From positions 15,316,001 through 15,380,000 of the forward strand of contig NC_045696.1 in assembly GCF_009834535.1 (NCBI RefSeq): a stretch of 64,000 nt of DNA, read 5' to 3'. The DNA comes from Camelus ferus (Eukaryota). Under the pieces are notes generated by a model. That model saw nothing but the letters and a program-made list of their open reading frames with translations, ran no database searches and was not told the origin of the DNA. Shown piece after piece: positions 1 through 13,239 of the stretch. The position numbers and the translations under genes are program-made. Position 1 is the first letter of the stretch. Each line of letters starts with the position of its first letter.

Positions 1-514
1 GAGTGCTAGTAAATAGAAATGTAGAAAGGTGTCAATTTATTTATTTGTTAAATTATCATCATTATTATTATCTCCATTATCAACATCACTCTGGAAGGAC
101 CTTGGAAAACCAACTGACTTCTTCAACAACTTTCCTTATCCATGGCAGACAGAAGAATGTGGAGATTTAAAGTAATCTGAGAACAAAAGCAATTACCCAT
201 GTTTGTGACCTTCTCAAATGGAGATATTGTCCTTTCTGAAATCCATTTTAAATGATTAATAATAGGTTTACTGAGAGCCAGCTATAAGCAAGATTTCAAA
301 CATAAAATTATTCTACAAAAGCACCAAGGGAAAAAAAAAGCATTTATATATTCCAGCCACTCATTTCAAATCCAGTTGAACACTGAAATCTCATAAGGTG
401 AATTTTTAAGAATTCATAGGTTCAGGTCCCAATCCTAGAGAATTTACTAGAGTAGGTGTTGAGTAAAGATTTCCCTGAGTGATTCTATTGAAATAGCAGC
501 ACATGGAAAATTGG

Positions 515-645
515 AAATACAAATTCCCAGTCTCCATGCCAGACCTACTAAGTCAGAATCTCTTGTAGGAGTATCCAGGAATTTGTATTTTAAGAAACCC
601 TCCCTGTGATTTTTACACATGCTAAAGTTTGATGATCACTGCCCT
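515..645. mobile_element. MER5A-like hAT-Charlie MITE
   Basis: cagacctactaagtcagaatctc...gctaaagtttgatgatcactg matches the recalled MER5A consensus; a more decayed copy may lie at ~380-500. Confidence 0.75.
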
Positions 646-1024
646 ACACTATCTCACAGAGATACTTGAACTCAGAAAGATGAAATAATGAAAACAAAGG
701 AAGTATCATATAAACCATCTCTTATTATTTTGACTTTAAGCTAGCCATGCCTTTAAGCTCCGTCTTATTACAGATGGTTTACATAAGTACCTGTGTTTTA
801 GCAGCTGTCGGGGAATCTCTTGGGTAACAAGAAATTCCCACTTAGCTGAAAATTATTTTTCAGAAACCAATGTTTGTTTGTTAGATGGCAGTGATAATCA
901 AGATAAAACAATGTGTCTTCTTACATTGTTGTGTGTGCTTCTGAAATGCTTCATTTAAAAATGCATCCATGATCACACCTAGCCATCAGGCGATAGCAAT
1001 GCCTCCTAGGAGGGCCAGTTGCTT

Positions 1025-1145
1025 CCCTCTGTCTATGGTTGCTTTTGAGTGACAGAGAGGCTGCTGTTGTGACAGAGACCACATGGCCCACGAAGTCAAA
1101 TATATTTATTATCCGGCCCTCTGGAGACAAGGTTTGCTGACTCCA
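1025..1145. mobile_element. MER58A-like hAT fragment
   Basis: tgtctatggttgctttt...gacagagaccacatggcccacgaag...tatccggccct...gtttgctgactcc. Confidence 0.75.
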
Positions 1146-1539
1146 CCAAATCTAACATATCCAAGAACACACTGTCTAATTGTATTTTCATAGTTTTTCT
1201 TCTTAAGAGAAAAACAAAAGTACGTTCCTAGCCTAGAGTAAATTGGTACAAGATTTGGATTCCAGGAGAATGAGATTAAATTCCTCATGTAAGATCTTGG
1301 CTATTTATAACAAACCTGGGTGGATTCGATTAACCATGTCCTGTTCTATTTTGATGACATGAGTAATTTAGGTACCAGTTCTTGGTGGTCAGATCCTGTT
1401 CATTCCAAAGAGGACTGTTGTTGTTTTGAATAAAAGTAGATATTTCCCTCTGGAGAAACTACTTTGTCTATTCAAAATTCAGTTCCCAGCATCATCAAAC
1501 TGTGTTTATCCCACTATTAAAAAATATGCTGAACTTACA

Positions 1540-1860
1540 AATAAGCATGGTGGATTTGATAGTTACCTGGTTCCACATTCTCCTGGGACCTCACAAATAT
1601 GTCAACAAAGGTTATGGGGTTTTTTCAAAAGAAGTCACCCACAAAAATAAAAGTGATGGGGAGGCTAAAAGGATGAAAACAGCAACAAAACTTGAGAAGT
1701 TGGAAAATTCATGGACAAATGCTAACTGAATTAGCAGACCATAAAAAGCGAACACCCAAGGCAGTGTGTGAAATACCCTAGCAGGCCCAGCTCCAGAAAA
1801 CTGATGAAACTGAAGGCACCAGACAAGTGGAAGAGCTCAGGAGGGTAGCTACCAGCTAGA
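1540..1860 (+). mobile_element. Possible ancient L1/HAL1 5' fragment
   Basis: acagcaacaaaacttgagaagttggaaaattcatggacaaatgctaactgaattagcagacc resembles an old LINE 5' region; highly diverged. Confidence 0.3.
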
Positions 1861-2178
1861 GTTTTGCTTGAAATGTCTTACCATTTTAGGAATGCAGAAT
1901 TTGTCATTTGTTTTGAGATATGTGATTTATAGAAGCCTGAGCTGTGCTAATCACATGAACAAATAGTCACATGACTGTGCAAGATATATCTACTGCTATT
2001 TCTGACACATCTCTAGGTTTATCCTTTTATAACTTTTCCAGATGGTGGAATAAATATTCCTTAGCACCAAACCAGAAAATAAGTTGCAATTCTGGGACTA
2101 CACAGTGTGATCATTCAAATAGATTACATATTTTTTAAAACCCACAACTTTAAATGGTATTTTAAAATATGCTGTGTA

Positions 2179-3299
2179 CCTTTGATTTACATTTTTTTGA
2201 TTAGTGATGTTGAGCATCTTTTCATGAGCCTGTTGGCCGTATGTATATATTCTTTGGAAAAGTATATATTTTGATATTGAGTTGTATGAGCTGTTTATAT
2301 AGTTTGGATATTAGCCTCTTAATGACCATATCATTTACAAATATTTTCTCCCATTCAGTAGATTGTCTTTTGGGTTTGTTGATGATTTCCTTTGCTGTGC
2401 AAAATCTCTTAAGTTTAATTAGATCCCATCTTTTTTTTTTTTTTTTTATTTTGTCTTCAGAGATAGAGCCAAAAAGATGTCACCTCATATCTGTCAGAAT
2501 GGCTATCATCAAAAAGTCTACAAATAACAAATATTGCCAAAGATGTGGAGAAAAGGGAATCATAATACACAGTTGGTTGGAATGTAAATTCATGCAGCCA
2601 CTGTGAAAAACAGTATGGAGATTCCTAAAAAAAATTAAGAATAGAACTACCATATGACCCAGCAATTCCATTCCTGGTTATATATCAGGAAAAAAAATTG
2701 AAAAAAATATATGTACCTTCAATGCTCATGGCACCATTATTTACAGTAACTAAGATATCGAAGGTACCTAAGTGTCCATCAATAGATGAATGGATAAAGA
2801 GGAAGTGATGTGTGTATATAGATACACACACACACATAATGGAATACTACTGAGCCATAAAAAAGAATAAAATTCTGCCATATACAACAACATGTATGGG
2901 CCTGGAGGGTATTATGCTTGGTGAAATAGATCATACAGAGAAAGATGACTACTCAATGTTATCATTTATATCTGGAATCTAAAAAATAAAACAAACAAAT
3001 GAATGTTATGAAACAGAAATAGACTCACAGATATAGGGTACAAACTACTGGTTAACAATGGGAAAAGGGGAAGGGGGAGCAGCAAAGTAGGCTTACTGGA
3101 TTAAGAGGTATAAACTACTGTGTATAAAATAAATAAGTAATAAGGATATACTGCACAGTACAGAGAAATACAGCCATAGTTTTGTAATAACTTTAAATGG
3201 AGTATAATATATAAAAATACTGAACCACTATGTTGTACACCCAAATTTAATATAACATTGTAAATCAACTACATTTCAATTAAATGAGCAACATAAAAT
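2179..3299 (+). mobile_element. L1 with 5' inversion (ORF2 3' end + 3'UTR)
   Basis: 2179-2480 is ORF2 in antisense; 2481-3299 is ORF2 end ([13 protein letters not shown]) plus 3'UTR in sense; TSD aaaatatgctgtgta 2164-2178 vs aaaatatcatgtgta 3300-3314 at a TT/AAAA site. Confidence 0.92.
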
Positions 3300-4606
3300 A
3301 AAATATCATGTGTATCAAATACTCTGATTTTGCAAGGGAGAGTAATATTTTGATGCAGAAGAGTACCAGGAAACTGTTTCTAGCTTAGAAGAGATGTTGA
3401 AAATATAGACCATTTATTTAATTGTGGATCTTATCTTCCCATATGCATTGAATAAATCTCAAGACATTCTTAATTTTTTGGTCTGATTTGTTTGGTGACA
3501 CAACAAATATACTGACTTACTCCAGGAGCATCTCAGTTTCCTTAACTTCATCATTCTACTTTCTTCTGAATTTGTTCTGCACTCTTTCTAAAATTCAGTG
3601 ATTTCTGACCACTTTAACAAATACTTGATCATTTAAATGTTACAAAAAAGACATCAGATTTTATTTCACTTTGGTAAATTTGATAGAGGAGTGGAGAGGT
3701 TAGAAGGAATAGATGCTTCACTAAGACTCTTCTCCTCTTTGAAATTAATGATTATACAAGTGTACAAATTAGAAAGTTAAAGAAAAATAATTTGCTATTC
3801 TTGTAAGTTTGCACTTTCTATTCAGATCATGGATGATATTATATGATGAACAATTTCTCACTGATACATTGTTAAGGGAAACATAAACAAAACAAGATAT
3901 CAGATATAGTTTCAAGAGTTTCCATAGTTCATCCTCCTTTAATAGCTAATTATTGTCATTTAAATACATTTTTAAAGACATAGCTTTATAATGTGTGCAT
4001 TGATTTAGAAAAATTATCTGTTTAAATAAGTCAAAAGCTGGTTAAAATATGCTATGAACTGATCTGATTGAAAATGGATCCAATGTATTAGCTGAAAAAA
4101 GTGAACACAATTTAGGATCTGTCAGAATTAATATGAGGAAGAAAATTATTTAATGGGTAGAAATTCTAGGCTTCCAGGGGATACAGTATTTAAATAAAGA
4201 CTCAATCTTGGAACATATCTATGAAATGAGCAGTTTTTTAATTAGTACAACACCAGCTGCAGTCATAAATGAAACCCAACATTTCAACATCTTAATGTAA
4301 TAGAAATGTATTATGTTTTTACATAATTTACCAACACAGTGTTCCTGAGATTTTAGACATCTGCTCCGTCTTATTAGGGGGTCAGCTGTATTTGGTTCTT
4401 CATTTTTAACTGTTGACTTCCCAGATTGTCCTATGCATGACAATCAGATGATGATAGAGTAGGAAAGAAAATGTGGAACTTCACAGCACCCATTTCTGTT
4501 CACATTCCATTGGTCATAATTAGTCACATGCCCCTAGAAAAATGCAAATGAGCCTAGGGAGTAAAATTCTTGGGTAAGAAGCTGCTTTCTACCATCAGCT
4601 TTACAT

Positions 4607-4808
4607 CAGGGGTGGAAAACTTACAGGCTTGGGTCAAATCCAGCCTCCTGACTATTTTTATGGCCTACAGGCTAAGAATGTGCACTTTTACACTTTTAAA
4701 TGGTTGTTATATAAGTACCTACATTATGTCCTCTATTTTGCCTGTTGGTTTGCAAAGCATCAAATATTTACCAATTGGGTCTTGACAGAAAAATTTGCTG
4801 ACTCTTGC
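4607..4808. mobile_element. MER58-family hAT element nested in the MaLR LTR
   Basis: Ends caggggtggaaaact...aatttgctgactcttg; internal ggtcaaatccagcc, gctaagaatg. Confidence 0.8.
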
Positions 4809-5487
4809 CTATATTGGGAAACAAAAAACCCTGACCTGGGTTTTTTAGCCCTTCTAGCCTCCAAATTCCTTATGTATAGACTTTTTCCCACATAGAGAAT
4901 CTTTACACTCTCACCAGGTGAACCACCTTAAGGGCTATCCAGTTATGGCATCCAGCTCAAAGTCTGGATGTCTACCTTTCAGTCCCAATAAGTCTCCTCC
5001 TGATCTAGTAAATTATAAAGAGCAAGTTATCATCCCACTGCCACTCATTTCTTCACAGTCAATATAAAATGATGAAACAGGTTTAGCACAATTATTGTCA
5101 CCCACAAGGAAAAATTGGAGACTCAACAGCAAAATACACACCAAAAAAATAGAAAACCTCCTGTAGGTATTATTGCTTTAGCACTGGAATCATTTCCTTA
5201 AGTAGACCCTGAGGAATGCCTTTGTCCATTGTTCTCTGCAGCCCTTGGCTCTGATTTCTGGAAAGTTCTTCCTTAGCATTATTCTCTGTGGCCACATCTG
5301 AAGTAGGCATTAGGAAGTAATGCCTTCCTAGTGGATTTCCTACTCAGATTTCCCAACTCACTTCCTTCTCATACAATTTTTGGAACCCAAGTATTGGTTT
5401 AAAGGCTCCAGTACTCAGAGATTTTTATCTGGGCTCATGACTTCTCCATAATATGGCTCCCTTCAAAAGACTGAAGGCCTCTGAATT

Positions 5488-5700
5488 AAGGTTGCCAGAT
5501 AAAATATAGGATGCCCAATAAAATTTGAATTTCAGATAAACAACAAATATGTCTTAGTGTAAGTATGCCCTCTGCTATCATTTCTATAATAAATAGAATA
5601 TGATATTTGAGACATATAATAAAATATTACTTGTTATTTATCTGAAATTTGAATTTCACTGGGTATTTTGTATTTTTATTTGTTAAATCTGGCAACACTA
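5488..5700. mobile_element. MER53 palindromic hAT MITE
   Basis: aggttgccagataaaata...aaatctggcaacacta; internal inverted arms aaatttgaatttcagataaacaa / ttgttatttatctgaaatttgaattt; probable 8-bp TSD tctgaatt/cctgaatt. Confidence 0.85.
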
Positions 5701-6899
5701 CCTGAATTTTTTGTGTTCATGTTTCAGTACTAAAACTCAGTTCTTTCTAGATATTACCCTCAAACCTGACTCATGCCTTGGTTTCTTGGGCCCAAGAGTT
5801 CTCCCTTTCAAATCTGTGGGTCTGTGTTGCCACTATGTTAGTAGGATGGCTGAGAAGATCCACAATTCATATCTCCTTTGATGCAGTGCTGAACCTTAAT
5901 GGGTCCTTGAAACTAGAAGCTTTTTAGGTCTATCTCTTCCCATTTGAGCAAGGGAGGCTTTTCCGCTAATGAGAGGCCCCCAGTTCCCACATAATTTTTA
6001 TTCTCTTCTAAGTATGCTCTCAATCAAGCCGGTTATAAGCCTGAGCTTACCTCTTTCCTTATAATAATTTGCTAAACTCAGCAAATGACAACCAACATAA
6101 GTTATTAATAGCTGACTTTTCCAACCTTCTTCCCCTACAGGCTTGGTAAACAAGTGGTTGGTGTTCCAACATATTACAGGCAAAATTTTATGCAATGTTT
6201 TGCCACTATGGTACATAGATCTTTCTGCAGCTCTAAGTTTGCTCTTTGATTTCTGCCTGACTGCTAAGTCAGTAGCGTATATTTTAGGTTTTTATTATAG
6301 CAGCTCACACTGAATACAACATTTCTATACAACTTAGAGAAATGCTAGCGACTTTATAAATGAACCACATAATCTCAGTGGTTTAACACAGGCAAGGCTA
6401 TTTCTCAATTAAGTAGCATGCCTCTGAAGATGCTTTATTAAGAAGGCTGCACCGAGTAAGGAAAGTACTTCTGCTCCATTCACTCACTTAGGGATTCAGG
6501 TGGATAAAAGATCTATAATATTCAGTAAAATGTTGCCTTGGGCTTTGACATCCAGGAGGCATAAGGGAAAAAAGAGTGGATAAGGCATGTGTGCTTTTTT
6601 CAGCGTTGGTCAGGAGAAGCCACCCTAACATACACTGATGAGGAGAAATAATCAAATGTCCCACTTAGATGCAAGGACACTGAGACATATAGACCCTAAT
6701 TAGGCAACTGTGGGCAGTCACAATGAAATTTTGATGGATATCTGGTCGTCTAGGCTACAAATACATTCTCCTATTTTATTGCATACAATAACGGAAACAT
6801 TTATTGAACTTTTGTTATTTGCAAGGTACTGCAATGGATGCATAAAAAAAATCAAACAAAAACAAAATCCATGATACATGCTGAACATGACTTACATGT

Positions 6900-7280
6900 T
6901 GTATTAGTTTGCTAGGATTGTCATAAAAATACCACAGATTGGGTGGCTTAATCAACAGAAATTTATTTTCTGGAAGTGTAAGTCCAAGATTAAAGTATTG
7001 ACAGGGGTTGGTTTCTTCCAAGGTCCATGAGGGAAGAGTCCTTTCAAGATCTCTCTCCTTGGCTTGCAGATAGCCATCTTCTCCATGTGCCTTCAGAAGG
7101 TCTTCTGTGTGTTTGTGTGTGTCCTAATCTCCTCTTCTTGTAAGCACATTAGTCATATTGGATTACAGCCCACTCTCAGGCCGCATTTAAACTCAGTTAC
7201 CTCTTTAAAGGCCATATCTCCAAATACAGTCATTCTGAGGTACTCGTGGTTAGAAATTCAGCATGATTTTAGGGGAAGAC
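6900..7280 (-). mobile_element. MLT1 (B/C-like) solo LTR
   Basis: tgtattagtttgctaggattgtcataaaaataccacagattgggtggcttaa...atctccaaatacagtcattctgaggtact. Confidence 0.85.
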
Positions 7281-7358
7281 TTATCTCAAAAAATTTTTTT
7301 TTATTTCTTTCCCTACATTGAATGATGTATAAGAATTACCCCTCCAAGTTGAACATCT

Positions 7359-7886
7359 TGTGATGGTAAATTTTATGTGTTAACTTGACTGTAAGGGATG
7401 CTCAGATAGCTGGGAGAATATAATTTCTGGGTGTATCTATGAGGGTGTCTCTGGAAGAGATTAGCATTGGAATCAGTAGACTGAGTATGGAAGGTAGCCT
7501 TCACCAATGTGGGTGAGCATCACTGAAGCTCTAAGGGCCTGAGTAGGATGAGAAGGCTGAAAAAAAAAAAAAAAAGGCTCACTCTCTCTGCTTGAGCTGA
7601 GACATTCATTTTCTCCTGCATTCAGATATAGATGCTCCAGGTCCTTGGGTTTTGAACTCCGACTGGGACTGGAACTTATACCATTGCCCTGTCATCCTCC
7701 CCACCCTGGTTCTCAGGCCTTTGGATTCAGGCTGAATTGCACCATTGGCTTTCCCGGTTTTCCAGGTTGCAGATGGCAGATCCTGGGACATCTTAGCCTT
7801 CATAATCCTGTGAACCAATTCCTACAATAAATTTCTTTTTGTATATCTCTCTCTAGGGTTCTGCTTCTCAAGAGAACCCTAATATA
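7359..7886 (+). mobile_element. MLT2 (ERVL) solo LTR
   Basis: tgtgatggtaaattttatgtgttaacttgact...gagattagcattggaatcagtagactgag...aataaa...gagaaccctaatata. Confidence 0.9.
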
Positions 7887-8049
7887 CCCCTGAAGTTGTT
7901 TTTTAATCACTAAAAAAATTTCTTAGACGAAAGAGGAATAATCTCCCTAGACAAGAATAATTAACTTAGAAAAAATATAATCAACAATAATGTAAATTAT
8001 CATTTCTGTACCTTTAGGATAAAAAGCACTATTAAAACAACATAAAGAT

Positions 8050-8210
8050 GAGGCAAAGGTATAGCTCAGTGATAGGGCACATGCTTATCATGTACAAAGT
8101 CCTGGGTTCAGTACCCAGTACCTCCATTAAAAAGTAAATAAATAAATAAACCTAATTACCTCCCCCCAAAATGTAAGCTAATAATAATAACAATAATAAT
8201 AATAATGAAA
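8050..8210 (+). mobile_element. Camelid tRNA-derived SINE (Vic-1 type)
   Basis: A-box tagctcagtgatag, B-box gggttcagtaccc, body end aaataaacctaattacctcccccc, (AAT)n tail. Confidence 0.85.
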
Positions 8211-8345
8211 AAATGTAATCATGTCAAAAAAAGTTGACTTGTCCACATAGAAAAAATACAATAAATACACGAAAGTCATTCAAAGCCTAACAAGATTGAT
8301 TTCATTCCTTTTAGTTTGTACTATATTTAAAGAGTAGATCTAAGA

Positions 8346-8389
8346 TTTTATCTGATGTGTAGAATTTATTTTTATCTGATGTGTAGAAT
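8346..8389. repeat. Tandem duplication, 24-bp period
   Basis: ttttatctgatgtgtagaat at 8346-8365 and 8370-8389. Confidence 0.95.
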
Positions 8390-9088
8390 ATCTCTTCGTG
8401 TCAAATGTTTCAGATGTTGAAGTGCCTGAGAGACTCCAAATTGTATGAACTTTCTCTGTAGCCTTGAGTTCAAGATGTGTATTAAATGCAGTCATTATAA
8501 TAATATCAAGAAAATCACTTTTTAGACATTCAAATCAAATTGCAAAGCCCATAAAACCAATATGAAACCATTTTAAAGTAGAGAAAATTCAGACTTAGAA
8601 TCCATGACTACATTTCAGTTGCCCTCAGATACAATGTAATTTCATTGTAATTAATACTTAAGTCTTTCCAGAAGAGTGATAAAGAACACTCAAGCCAAGT
8701 GGAAAGAAACATCTGGGAAAGAAATGTAAAGGAAAACTCCATGGTCTAAAATTAAAGTGTAAAAAGAACTCTGCTGGCTCTCCTACATAAATCTACTGTG
8801 ATTGGCCTGCAGCAATTAGAGCATGCATCTTACGTTTTTTTTCCAGTCTTATTAATAAGTCTACCCACTTCCCATCATCTGTTTCCGTTTTATGTCCCCA
8901 GCCATATAAATCCATGTTCTGACCTAACCTTTAGGTGTAGGTGTCAGATCTGTGGCCATAAAATAATTTCCCTGTGGCTGAAGCAATCCTGCCCACGTAG
9001 GGAGGAAACCCACAATTTTGGTCCATGTAAAATAATCTCTGATGTGCAAGACTATTTAGCTCAATCCCTGTAATCCATGAGAACAAAT

Positions 9089-9089
9089 C

Positions 9090-9130
<41 letters not shown>
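9089..9130. repeat. (CAA)14 microsatellite
   Basis: Perfect trinucleotide run. Confidence 0.97.
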
Positions 9131-9662
9131 AGATGTATTTGACAAGGCCCTTTTGATATGCTGTAACATTTATTCCAAAAATCTTGAAGAAAACCCTAAT
9201 TTCTGCAGGGCATTGTTTTAACCAATGACTGTAAGGGAATGACCTGCTTTCTCTGAGCTAATAGGAGACTGACCCAGAAGTGAACTATAGCAAGAAGCTT
9301 GATTTGGCACTTAGAAAAGAAACTTTCTGACCACGCAGCCAGAATCCATCTTTTCATTGCCAGATTTAAAAAATAAGGATCATAAGAGTTACACAGGTGC
9401 TGCTGGTGGGCTAATTACAAGTTCCAAGTCAAATGAGTCTTCTTTGGCATCAAGTCGGTTCAATTTTATGGTGCCTTGGCTCAGTTATAAAAATACATCC
9501 TTCCATTAGCCAAAATGCAAAATGTGCAACTCAGTACTACACAGAGTTTAATTCACCTGAAGTTTACTAGTTAACTTTGCATCTTCCCAATTAGGTAACA
9601 ATAATATTATCCAGAGGTCCACAGATAAATCTGTCTTTAATAAAGCTGCCATCAGACTGAAT

Positions 9663-10711
9663 GATGGTTTCTCAGTCTCAGTACTATTGACATTTATGGT
9701 CCAGGTAATTCTTCATTGTCAGGCGCTCCGCTGTTAATTATAGGATGTTTAGTAGCATCCCTGGTCTCTGTCTAATAAATGCCAGTTTTGCATTCCTAGC
9801 TATGGCAATCAAAAGTGACTCCAATTTCACACTGGTCAGATGGCCATCATTAAATAGTCCACAAACAATAAATGCTGGAGAGGGTGTGGAGAAAAGGGAA
9901 CCCTCCTACACTGTTAGTGGGAATGTAGTTTGGTGCAGCTATTGGAAAACATGTATGGAGACTCCGTAGAAAACTAAAACTAGACTTACCATATGATCCA
10001 GCAATCCCACCCTGGGCATATATCCAGAGGGAACTCTAATTTGAAAAGATACATGCATCTCAATATTCATAGCAGCACTATTTATAGTAGCTAAGACATA
10101 GAAGCAACCTAAGTGTCCATCAACAAATGAATGGATAAAGAAGTAGATACATACACACACACAACATATACATACATATACACACATACATACACACAAT
10201 GGAATACTACTCATCCATGAAAAAAGAATAAAATAGCGCCATTTGCAGCAACATAGATGGACCTGGAGATCATCATACTAAGTGAAGTAAGCCAGAAAGA
10301 GAAAAAAATAGTGTATGATATCACTCATATGTGGAATCTTAAAAAAAAAAAAGGACACAAATTAACATTTACAAAACAGAAAGAGACTCACAGACATAAA
10401 AAACAAACTTGGTCCCAGTGGGGGAAAGGGGGAGGAGGAATAAATTAGGAGTTCAAGTTTAGCAGATCCAAACTACTATATATAAAATAAACAGCAAGGT
10501 CCTCTTATAGCTCAGGGAACTTTACTCAATAGTTTGTAGTGGCCTATAATGAAAAGGAATATATATATATATATATATACACCAGAAATTAACACAACAC
10601 TGTAAATCGACTACACTTGGGAAAAAAAAATGACTCCAGGTATTGCCAAGTGTCCCTGCCAGGAGGTGAGGGGTACAGGGAAGGGAAAAATCATTCTGGT
10701 TAAAAACCACT
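9663..10711. mobile_element. MER20 hAT element split by an L1 insertion
   Basis: Left part (ggatgtttagtagcatccctggtctct) to 9823; resumes at 10626 (tgactccaggtattgccaagtgtccc...ggttaaaaaccact). Confidence 0.85.
9824..10625 (+). mobile_element. 5'-truncated L1 (ORF2 C-terminus + 3'UTR)
   Basis: ggagagggtgtggagaaaagggaaccctcctacactg; TSD aaaagtgactcca 9811-9823 / aaaaatgactcca 10626-10638. Confidence 0.95.
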
Positions 10712-10729
10712 CATCCAAAACAGACATGT

Positions 10730-10910
10730 TACACAGGAATGCCTACATAATTTCTGCGGCCCAATGCAAAATAAACATGTGAGCCCCCTCGTTCAAAAAT
10801 ATTAAGAACTCAATGATGACTGCAGCAAAGCACTAAGCCAAGCACTGGGTCTTCCTAAGCGCAAGGTCCTGTGCAACTGCACAGGTCATTAGCTCACGAA
10901 ACTGGCCCTG
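10730..10910 (-). mobile_element. MER45A-like hAT-Tip100 MITE
   Basis: ctacataattt...ggcccaatgcaaaataaacatgtgagcccc...cctgtgcaactgcacaggtc...ctggccctg. Confidence 0.8.
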
Positions 10911-11439
10911 ATGCTGTATTATTCCATCCCATTCCTCAACATCATGATACTAATAACACACATTTGTATAGTTTATAACTTATGGCAGCCAAGCTCACCA
11001 TTCTTGGACTCCCCACATGCTTTCCCCATGTAAGTATGAGGTGGTTGCTCTCATCACCACCTTAGCTCCAAACCATTTATCCACATTCATCCTGTTTACC
11101 ATTTTCCCAGGTACTAACCTCTTCACTTCCCTCTCATTTCTTCATTCATGTGGTCACTGGAACAGGACAAGGGCATTTATCCTAATGACTAGTTCTCCTT
11201 CAGTCAGCACTCCACCGCCAACTCTCCGTCCAATACCAAAGAGGCAGGCTGTCTTGGGCAACTTCTTATCTGTGTCCACCCACCTCCCACAAAAGGCTAT
11301 GTGCATTCCTACATCCCTACCACAGCCCTGCCCTGGAGGACTCCAAAATAACTGACCCCAATCAGCTTGATGAATACAATTCTGCTACTGTAACCATTTT
11401 GTTTTGACCAAAAGCTCCCAGTCACTGAGTTCTTTCTAA

Positions 11440-11610
11440 CGTGGTAGACTTTAATGCTTGAATTATATCAGCACTTTGCAGGTAAAAAACCAAGGCTTCA
11501 CAAAGTTTGAAAAAAAAACTAAAGCCAGCCAAGGATCATGCAGTAAAATGTAGGATTTCAAGCCATGTCTATTTAACTTCAAATCCTTGAACTTAACCAC
11601 TATTCCATAA
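11440..11610 (-). mobile_element. MIR SINE relic
   Basis: tttgcaggtaaaaaaccaaggct...ccaaggatcatgcag...ggatttcaagcc...cttaaccact. Confidence 0.6.
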
Positions 11611-12959
11611 TCAATCAACACTAATAGTGGGTTTCCTAGTATATGTTATAATGAGCTCACGTGGGAAAATAAAAGTAATTTTAAAAGTGAAAGGTATGTG
11701 ATTATCAGAGTAATCACAATTTCTAATTTCCTATTTATTTAATTTGAAGTATTATTTTGTTCTATATTGTCACTCTCAAATCTAGAATTATCCTTAATAA
11801 CTTCTACCTCAAAAAGCCTTTACATTGTCAAGTGAGACATTTCCCCTTTTGAGATATACATGTACCAACTTTCTACTAAAATGTTTGATTCCTCTGTTTA
11901 TACGTGAATGGCTTTTTAGAGGTCCATTCTGCTGAAATAAATTTCTGTATCCTGAACGTCTATGCTACCAGTCATTTGTGGTAAATGCTGACCACTAAAT
12001 TTAGCCATTGTGAAACAATCCCACGAGAAAAGAAGGAAACATGTAGCATAATGTAATAATGAGCATCTTTGTATTTTTTTTCAATTTATTGAATCTACCA
12101 CAGCCATCTGTAGGTCACGGGCCCTGCACGGGAAAAACACTCCATGGTCCAAGAATGTGTGAGAAAGTAAAGCCATTCAACATCCAACGTCAGAAGAGTC
12201 ATTTGTTACAGGCATGTAGCCATTCCAAAGTCTTGAGCAGTTGGGTAAAATCTAAGAGGAAAAGAAATTCTTTTGTCAATTGAAACTGCTAAAATGTGAG
12301 AAGCATCTGTAAGCATTTGAGGGAAAGATGTCAACTGAGATCTCTCCACTGCGGCAAAATGCAAAGTTGTTCATACAGAAATTAAACTGGGGAGACAATG
12401 GACCAAGCACTATGAGATTTTTTTGAAAAAATTATTACAAATAATGAAAATGTGTGTGTATATATATATATATATATAAAATTATTCACATGACCAAGAA
12501 ACATGGGAAAGAAAAAAGCAAAAAAGAAAGTGATGAAAAGCTACCTATTATCCTTTTAAATATTTAAATAGAGTTTAAATACAGAAGGAAAAGTTCAATG
12601 TTAATCTCATGGTAGGTGTTTTATGCCATTCATTTTTCTATGAATTCCATCCACTTCCATTTTTCAGAAATCGTTAATGTCTCCCTCTGAGTCAACGTCC
12701 CATTTCTTCAGCATATTAATTGCACTTCAGTCTGCATGGCTCTGCTATTCTAAAAAACATGAATAAAAATACTCCTCTCTTTCCCTCCTTTCACACTTTC
12801 ACAATCCAAGTTCTACAAAGAGTATTTGGATTATTACTTCTTTAAAACTCCCCTTTTTTCCTCAACCAATTGAAATCTGGTTTTAATCTCCATCATTTCT
12901 TATGCATCAATTTCTTTTTAGTTTTTAATTTTTTGGTATTACATTTAAGGGTCAATCAC

Positions 12960-13170
12960 AAAGGCTTTAGTGGAAGTTCCCTAACATTCAAATCCTGGCT
13001 CTGATAGTTACTTTCTGTGTGATCTCACACGGATTATTTGATTTCTCAGAGCCTCAGTTTAGAGGTGATAATAGCAAACAGCTAGGATGCTTATGAAGAT
13101 TCAATGAGGCAGCTTGAGCAAAACAACCATCGTGGTCCATGGCACAAAACTGCAATAATTACTGACTGGT
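12960..13170 (+). mobile_element. MIR SINE relic
   Basis: ttcaaatcctggctctg...ctgtgtgatct...tctcagagcctcagttt. Confidence 0.7.
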
Positions 13171-13239
13171 TGTGTAAATACACTATTATTGCAATTAATA
13201 GATTACTAATAATCATTACTGTTGAAACACCCTTGCTCC

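Larger units (their letters stand above)
4233..6759 (-). mobile_element. Ancient two-LTR MaLR (MLT1-type) element: LTR-internal-LTR
   Basis: Two diverged homologous LTRs (~4233-4863, ~6326-6759); internal 5' end (tattttaggtttttattatagcagctcacactgaatacaacatttct) matches the MLT-int start in antisense. Confidence 0.7.

Noticed and set aside
2241..2606. 121-aa ORF
   Set aside because: Chimeric read-through across the L1 inversion junction.
8050..8135. tRNA gene
   Set aside because: A/B boxes are present but continue into the SINE body and tail; it is a SINE head, as at 44282 and 56128.
12059..12283. Possible coding exon on either strand
   Set aside because: Weak donors, stops in all minus-strand frames, and an unrecognisable plus-strand peptide.
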